A stretch of DNA of 63,359 nucleotides, counting the filler, from Neolecta irregularis DAH-3 (taxonomy: Eukaryota): the NCBI GenBank assembly GCA_001929475.1. It is 7 parts of 7 records of this genome, joined end to end, with 100 filler letters (N's around TTAATTAATTAA, not from the genome) between each part and the next. Parts side by side here need not be neighbours in the genome. Positions count along the whole stretch, not along the records: positions 56,667 to 62,238 come from LXFE01002339.1; positions 62,339 to 63,359 come from LXFE01002359.1; 5 more parts are not named here. One strand, given 5' to 3'. The notes under the pieces were generated by a model. The model was not told the DNA's origin. It made no database searches and worked only from the letters and a program-made list of their open reading frames with translations. Each line of letters opens with the position of its first letter. Within the stretch, counting starts at the first letter, position 1. Below are positions 58,051 to 63,359 of this stretch, piece after piece. A program made the position numbers and the translations under genes.

Positions 58051-61000
58051 ATGCCTGTTCTTGGTCTTCAACTATTCTTCTTCAGTTTTAGTCTCAGCGT
58101 TCTTATCGGTGCAGCAATTCGGTATATTGGATGGATTCAATACGTTGTTTTAGCAGGTTTAACACTAAGCACTGCATTGTGGCTTTTCGGCGGCCCATTT
58201 TCGAGAAGGAGAGATGAAAAGGGCATATCCAAGGCTTATCGATCTTCCAACGGGTTTAAATTCGCGAAATGCTGGAACCATACGGCAGATATATATAGGC
58301 GGGAGAAAAATGTCACTAAGATGGCCGCGATATATTCATCTTCACCGCCAATTTCAGAAGCGATTGATGTAGTGTTGGGTCATATTATGCATGATTTTGT
58401 TCTGTCATGGTCGAAAGAAATTTCTCCGAATCCATCTTTTTCGAATGTCATAGAAAGGACCATTCGGCATAGCTGTATCGAACTTCGAACCCGAATTTTA
58501 CATCTCGACGTTTCGGATGTCATCGTCAAACGGCTCGTTCCAATTGTTACACATCACATACATTCTTTTTCCGAGGCTGAACGATCAGTTTTTGGGAAGG
58601 AAGGTTCTCGACAGGTATTCAGCCAGACAGACGAATTGGCTCTGGCTGTCGCAACAGCATACAAGGACGGTGTTTTGCATCCTGGCGTTACAAGTTACTC
58701 CACCGATGCCAAGCTAGGGAGTCACGAATGGCTACGAAAGACTACAGCTCAGTTTCTTCCTTATCTGCTTCCCGGAAACGAAGCGAGCAGTCGAATAGTA
58801 TTCACTCTTGTTAGGGAAATTATCTCACACGCTGTGATCTTGCCTGTAATTGAACTTTTATCGGAACCTGATACTTGGAACGTGCTGATCGAGCAAAAGG
58901 CTAGCGCCATGTTGCAAGAAAAAAGAACTGTTAAGAAATTTCGAGAAGCACTTGATAAACACACGGAAAATAACATGCGAAATTCTGCACTAAATCTGGG
59001 CCTTGTCAACTTGAGCGAAGCTTCAGATGAGAAGGGTTACCTCAAATTGTTACACAACATACGTCATTGGGGAAATTTGGTGGAACTAAGGAGATTGCAT
59101 AGCGACGTTGTATTCAAATTGCAAGAGTTAGATGCCGAGAACGGTATAGTTATAGTATAATCAATGCTGACGTACTTAGGTAAACGGAAAGAAAAGACAT
59201 CTCGTAAGACATCAATGGTGACGAGACAGAGATTGCAAAGTATCCGATCGCAAGTTGACGAGCGCATAAGCGACTTTCTCGGTTCACAAAGGGTATAATT
59301 TCGGCAGTATTTCCATTAATACTCAAGGGAAAGGAAACGCGGTCATATGTGCCAGCAAGCAATTTATTCAATTCCATGATAGATTTCAAAGATATTCTTG
59401 AAAGCCCCACCGGGCTGAGTTATTTCATGGTGGGTTCAACATAAAATTCTACTAAAATAAAGGAGTTTATGGATCGACGGAAACGAGTCGTCTTGCTCCA
59501 ATTTTGGATCAATGTGAACAGCTTCAAAGATCCGCTGGAAGATTATCGTCATTACGAAGATCCTTTGCTAGCAGACAGTCTAGTCAAAATGACATCGGAA
59601 GATCTCGATGATCTTCGTCGATTATATGATCTTTACTTTGATAATCCACTTCTAGAAATCGATGAACGAAACAAGCAATTAGTAGCTTTGGTTATCACCG
59701 CAAGAGATCCGATAACTCCCACAGCATACCGAGCGGCTCGTCAAGTGATTCTTGGGCTGCAATCAAGTGTCTTTGAAGGGATGAAAGAAATTGATTTTCC
59801 CAAGTTCAAGGGAGAAGAACTATACAACAAATTCATTGCGTCCGAATCAAACGGCAACACTCCCGTCATAGAGCAACCGCGAGAATTTATTGAACCAGCA
59901 CCACCCATATCGGTTCCCATAAATGAGCAAGACTTGTATTCTTCGACGCCGAAAAGATCGCTGGATTTGGGAATAAGCTATGCGAGAACAATGCTATCAC
60001 CATTTAATCCCGAAGTGCACAGCTCTTCTTCGTCTTCGTTATCCAGGCTAGCTTCTAAAGAAGAAGAAATGTCGGCAGCAGTCTCTGCCGCTTTGACAGA
60101 GATCCTGAAGATTAGTGAAAAAAAGAATAAAAAGCATGGAGATCTAGATTACCAGAGTCGTTCTTCTTCGGAATTCCTTGATTCACGTCGTTCTTCATTG
60201 GACTTGGTCCCAAAATTGGGTGACAGTGATCGACCCCGTCTGAGCGGTGAAAAGGCGCGTCCTATGGCTACTCACAAGTCGTTATTTAGTGATGATGACC
60301 CGAAAAGCGAGGATGAATTCGAAGAAGAATATTCCACTGTCGGCATAACAGATTCACTTTTGGAAATGTCAGATGTTCACCATGCTGCTCCTGGAAATCT
60401 AGAGTTGGCAGAGGCAATTGAGATCATGACTCGCGAGATTAAACAATTCGAACATCAAGAACGTCTTTTGAATTCGATGATTGTAAAAGCCGAGTTGACA
60501 AATAATGTTGTCGAGCTGAAAATATTGAACAAGGCAATCACGACCGTCAAGGCTGATCGATTTCAACGTGAATTTCAGAGACAACAATACGTTATACAAG
60601 AGGGAGACAACGCTCTTTTTGTACTACCAGTCGACAAAGATCAAAATTAATATATAGGGAAAATCGAGTTTGAATATTCCAAATGCTGCAGTTGGAAAAG
60701 ACGGAGGCCAAGAATTTGCCATTTACTTTATTGAAGTCCAGAGATACGATGTCGATGGGAATGTTGTCGCTGGTATGCTTTTTCAAATTTCTACATTTCT
60801 AAAATGACAAAGGATGGATGGTCAAGAGGCGGTATAGCGACTTTTGGTCTTTGCATCAACGATTGAAAGAGGATTTTATTGAATTACGTGAATTTGAATT
60901 CCCTAAGCGGCGTGTCATGTTACGACTACAAAAAGGGTTTGTAGAATCCAGGCGAAAAAATTTGGAGAAATACCTTCAGGTTCAAGTATCGTTGTAAAGT

Positions 61001-61783
61001 GCTAATTATTCAGTCACTTCTTCAAATGCCCGAAGTATGTCGAAGTAAACACCTTCGATCCTTCCTTTCTCAGCAAAACCTCGTTCTTCCTCCTGTTGCT
61101 CGCTCAGCTTCTGGACTTCAATTCTCCGCACGTCATTTCATTAAACGTGCATACAAAACTATTGCAGAAGGAGTGGAAGATACTTTTGGTAGTCTATCGT
61201 TATTAGATCATGTTCCTATAAATCTGTCACGAATTTCTGCAGGCAGCGATTCGCATCTCAAGATTACCAATTCGATGGAAATGGATGATAATCAAAAGGT
61301 AGACTATGACGATTTAAACACATTCTCGAAATGTGTATGTGATTTGATCCTAGAAGTCTTGGATTTAAATGGCAAAAGCGGAAATTGGATCAGTAGAAAA
61401 GGTATCGTTATGCTGCTCCAACAATTTCTAGGCGGTACAATCGAAAGGTATAAATAACACCATTTCATAATTCACTAATCTGAAGAAAGGTTCGCGAGCA
61501 TATATATTCTACGTTTGAGCAAGATATGATACTTGATATGCTCAAAACTCTTCGGAAATCAATATGGCCAAACGGACAATTTTCAAAAGACAATACAATC
61601 CGCACGGCCGATCAAAAAGTCAAATCTAAAAATAAAGCATGTGCAATGTTGACCGTATTATCACCTCTACCGCATCCCGTTTCTCGGCGTTTATTTCTAG
61701 TGATGCAAAACCGCAATTTGAATTCTCATTTATTCTTTAGTCTTTTCGAGGCGTTGTTGCATGAAATATTTCCGGAAATATAA
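58051..61783 (+). CDS. MDM1: PXA-RGS-PX-Nexin_C sorting nexin (MDM1/SNX13/14-like)
   Basis: Two N-terminal TM helices; PXA (HDFVLSWSKEIS, LVREII..VILPVIELLSEPDTWN); RGS (LLQFWINVNSFKDPLE); PX (WMVKRRYSDFWSLHQRLK); Nexin_C (LLQQFLGGTIER, IWPNG). Confidence 0.92.
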
Positions 61784-61846
61784 GACGTTTTTATCATGGG
61801 TTTTCTTAAGGTTTTTATTTTATCATGTTTAATTGCGAATTTGTAG

Positions 61847-61905
61847 TAAGCTCAGCGGCGATTTAACCGACACCCCCCTAAGCCTAACACAATATAAATA
61901 TATCA
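61847..61905 (+). mobile_element. Fot1/pogo-like left TIR
   Basis: TA followed by AGCTCAGCGGCGATTTAACCGACACCCCCCTAAGCC..ACACAATATAAATAT, matching the 41299-41755 element. Confidence 0.8.
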
Positions 61906-62338
61906 TAGCACAGTGACTGCACAACCGACGCATGTATTATCAAACCAGATCATATAAAAGTGAATAGAATCAATCAATCGTTAAATACAAAATAGCTTGA
62001 TGTTCTAATAGCAATCCCATATCTCCCGCGGGACTCTGTGAAAACCACTTCAGTAATTTTGAAATCAAATGCGAACATTCATTGAAATAGTATGATATCG
62101 CGGACTTCGGTCGCTGTCAGACTGGCAGCATTGACGTTGTGCTTTCCACCCCTACTCGCTTCCTCTCACTCCCCTGCCCATTACTGCCCCGCCCTCCTCG
62201 CCCATTATCGCCTGCCCTCCTCGCCCGTTACTGCTCCCNNNNNNNNNNNNNNNNNNNNNNNNNNNNNNNNNNNNNNNNNNNNTTAATTAATTAANNNNNN
62301 NNNNNNNNNNNNNNNNNNNNNNNNNNNNNNNNNNNNNN

Positions 62339-62470
62339 GCCCAGCCAGATTAGCTGGCTAGGCTTTGACCTGATATTCAATATACGTAGTTACTCTCTTT
62401 AACAAGTATCTACGGCAGCATATCCAACCTAAGTCCACATCAGCGCTCAACCTAAGGTCGCGTGCTGACA
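62339..62470. mobile_element. LTR fragment (second copy of 29898-30275)
   Basis: GCTGGCTAGGCTTT.ACCTGATATTCAATATA...GTGCTGACA shared with about 30158-30275. Confidence 0.75.
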
Positions 62471-63359
62471 GTATCAAAGAAAAAATATTTTGACTATCCG
62501 AAACGACTGGCTTCAGGCCCGTATTTATAGCCCCAGTGTTCCCCTATCCAACAGAGGGGTGAGAAAAGTAGATAAGGAGAGAGAATTGTAGAAGGAAAAT
62601 ATGAGTGGAGAGAAAAGGAGAGAAAGAAATAAAATGACTGTTGGATTCTCAGTGCTTGTCATACTGCCAACGAGACTCAGGCCGGGGATTAGGTAATTCA
62701 AAGGGATCTCAAAATGATGGTTGTTGCGGGGGAAGAAAAAGGGATGAGTGTTGTAGTTGATTGCGAGAAGGGTTCAAGAGTACTTTGAGCGTTGGGTGTC
62801 CGGACTTACCGCTCGGGAGGCTTCGCTGGGAATATACGATCGCGATTCAGAAGTTAAGGGCAACTGCGTATATATTGCTCCGGTTTGGCCTGTCTTGCTA
62901 ATCAAGACAGGCCCTAGTTATAAAAGAACGGGTGCATGCACTTCTTTCATCCCCTCTGTTTGTCCCCCTGCTTACCTCTCGGGTGGCAAAGCTTGTGATC
63001 GTCCTGATTTGGCTCGGTGATACTGTTGGCTCTACTGAGGCTGCTTCGATCGGCGTCGCCTTCAATGGGTCCTGAAACGTTGGGGGCGTCATAGTCGCTT
63101 GCGATGCCGGGTGCCGGTACGGTCGGGTCGTGGGGCCAGATCATGTCCCCACAAGTACGACCATAGGAAAAATGGGAGGGCAGGGTATTTGTCTTTTAGC
63201 CCTGAAAAAGAGCAGAAAAAGGGGGGATACAAAGGCTATGAAGATAGAGCTAATGCTAATAAATTATAGCTTGGCATATATTCGCAAACCTGCGTTCCTG
63301 CTTCTAGTTCCTAGGCTAATATGCCAACCGCAATGCATGACGTTCTCTTAATAATGTCA

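Noticed and set aside
62757..63351. Short ORFs at the window end
   Set aside because: No recognisable motif; possibly repeat-derived, but unsupported.

Overview
Compact, intron-rich fungal genomic DNA. It is ascomycete-like and encodes complex I; very short introns and gene content suggest an early-diverging Taphrinomycotina genome such as Neolecta (inference only). The window is built from contigs joined by artificial N-TTAATTAATTAA-N spacers. Recognisable genes: polyubiquitin (partial), Bud6/Aip3, UDP-glucose 4-epimerase, thioredoxin, a Upf1-like SF1 helicase with a degenerate exonuclease-like N-terminus, Hus1, CLPTM1, proteasome alpha-6, LOG, STT4 PI 4-kinase, a secreted PAN/apple-like protein, a Harbinger-type Myb/SANT gene, tRNA-Gly(CCC), Ase1, CSN5, a phosphate-carrier pseudogene, DCR2-like phosphoesterase, Sec1, Suv3, uridine kinase, NDUFS4, ATP17, a possible PRRC2-like protein, Rex4 and an MDM1/SNX13-like sorting nexin. 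Intergenic DNA holds fragments of Fot1/pogo, hAT, foldback-like and LTR elements. Most notable points: the pseudo-exonuclease-helicase with a duplicated Q-motif; very relaxed splice sites (many GC donors, AAG/GAG acceptors, one apparent GT-TG); a tandem duplication that creates a CSN5-mimic uORF; and a broken-versus-intact discrepancy in the STT4 kinase end. All gene models were spliced by eye, so boundaries are approximate.
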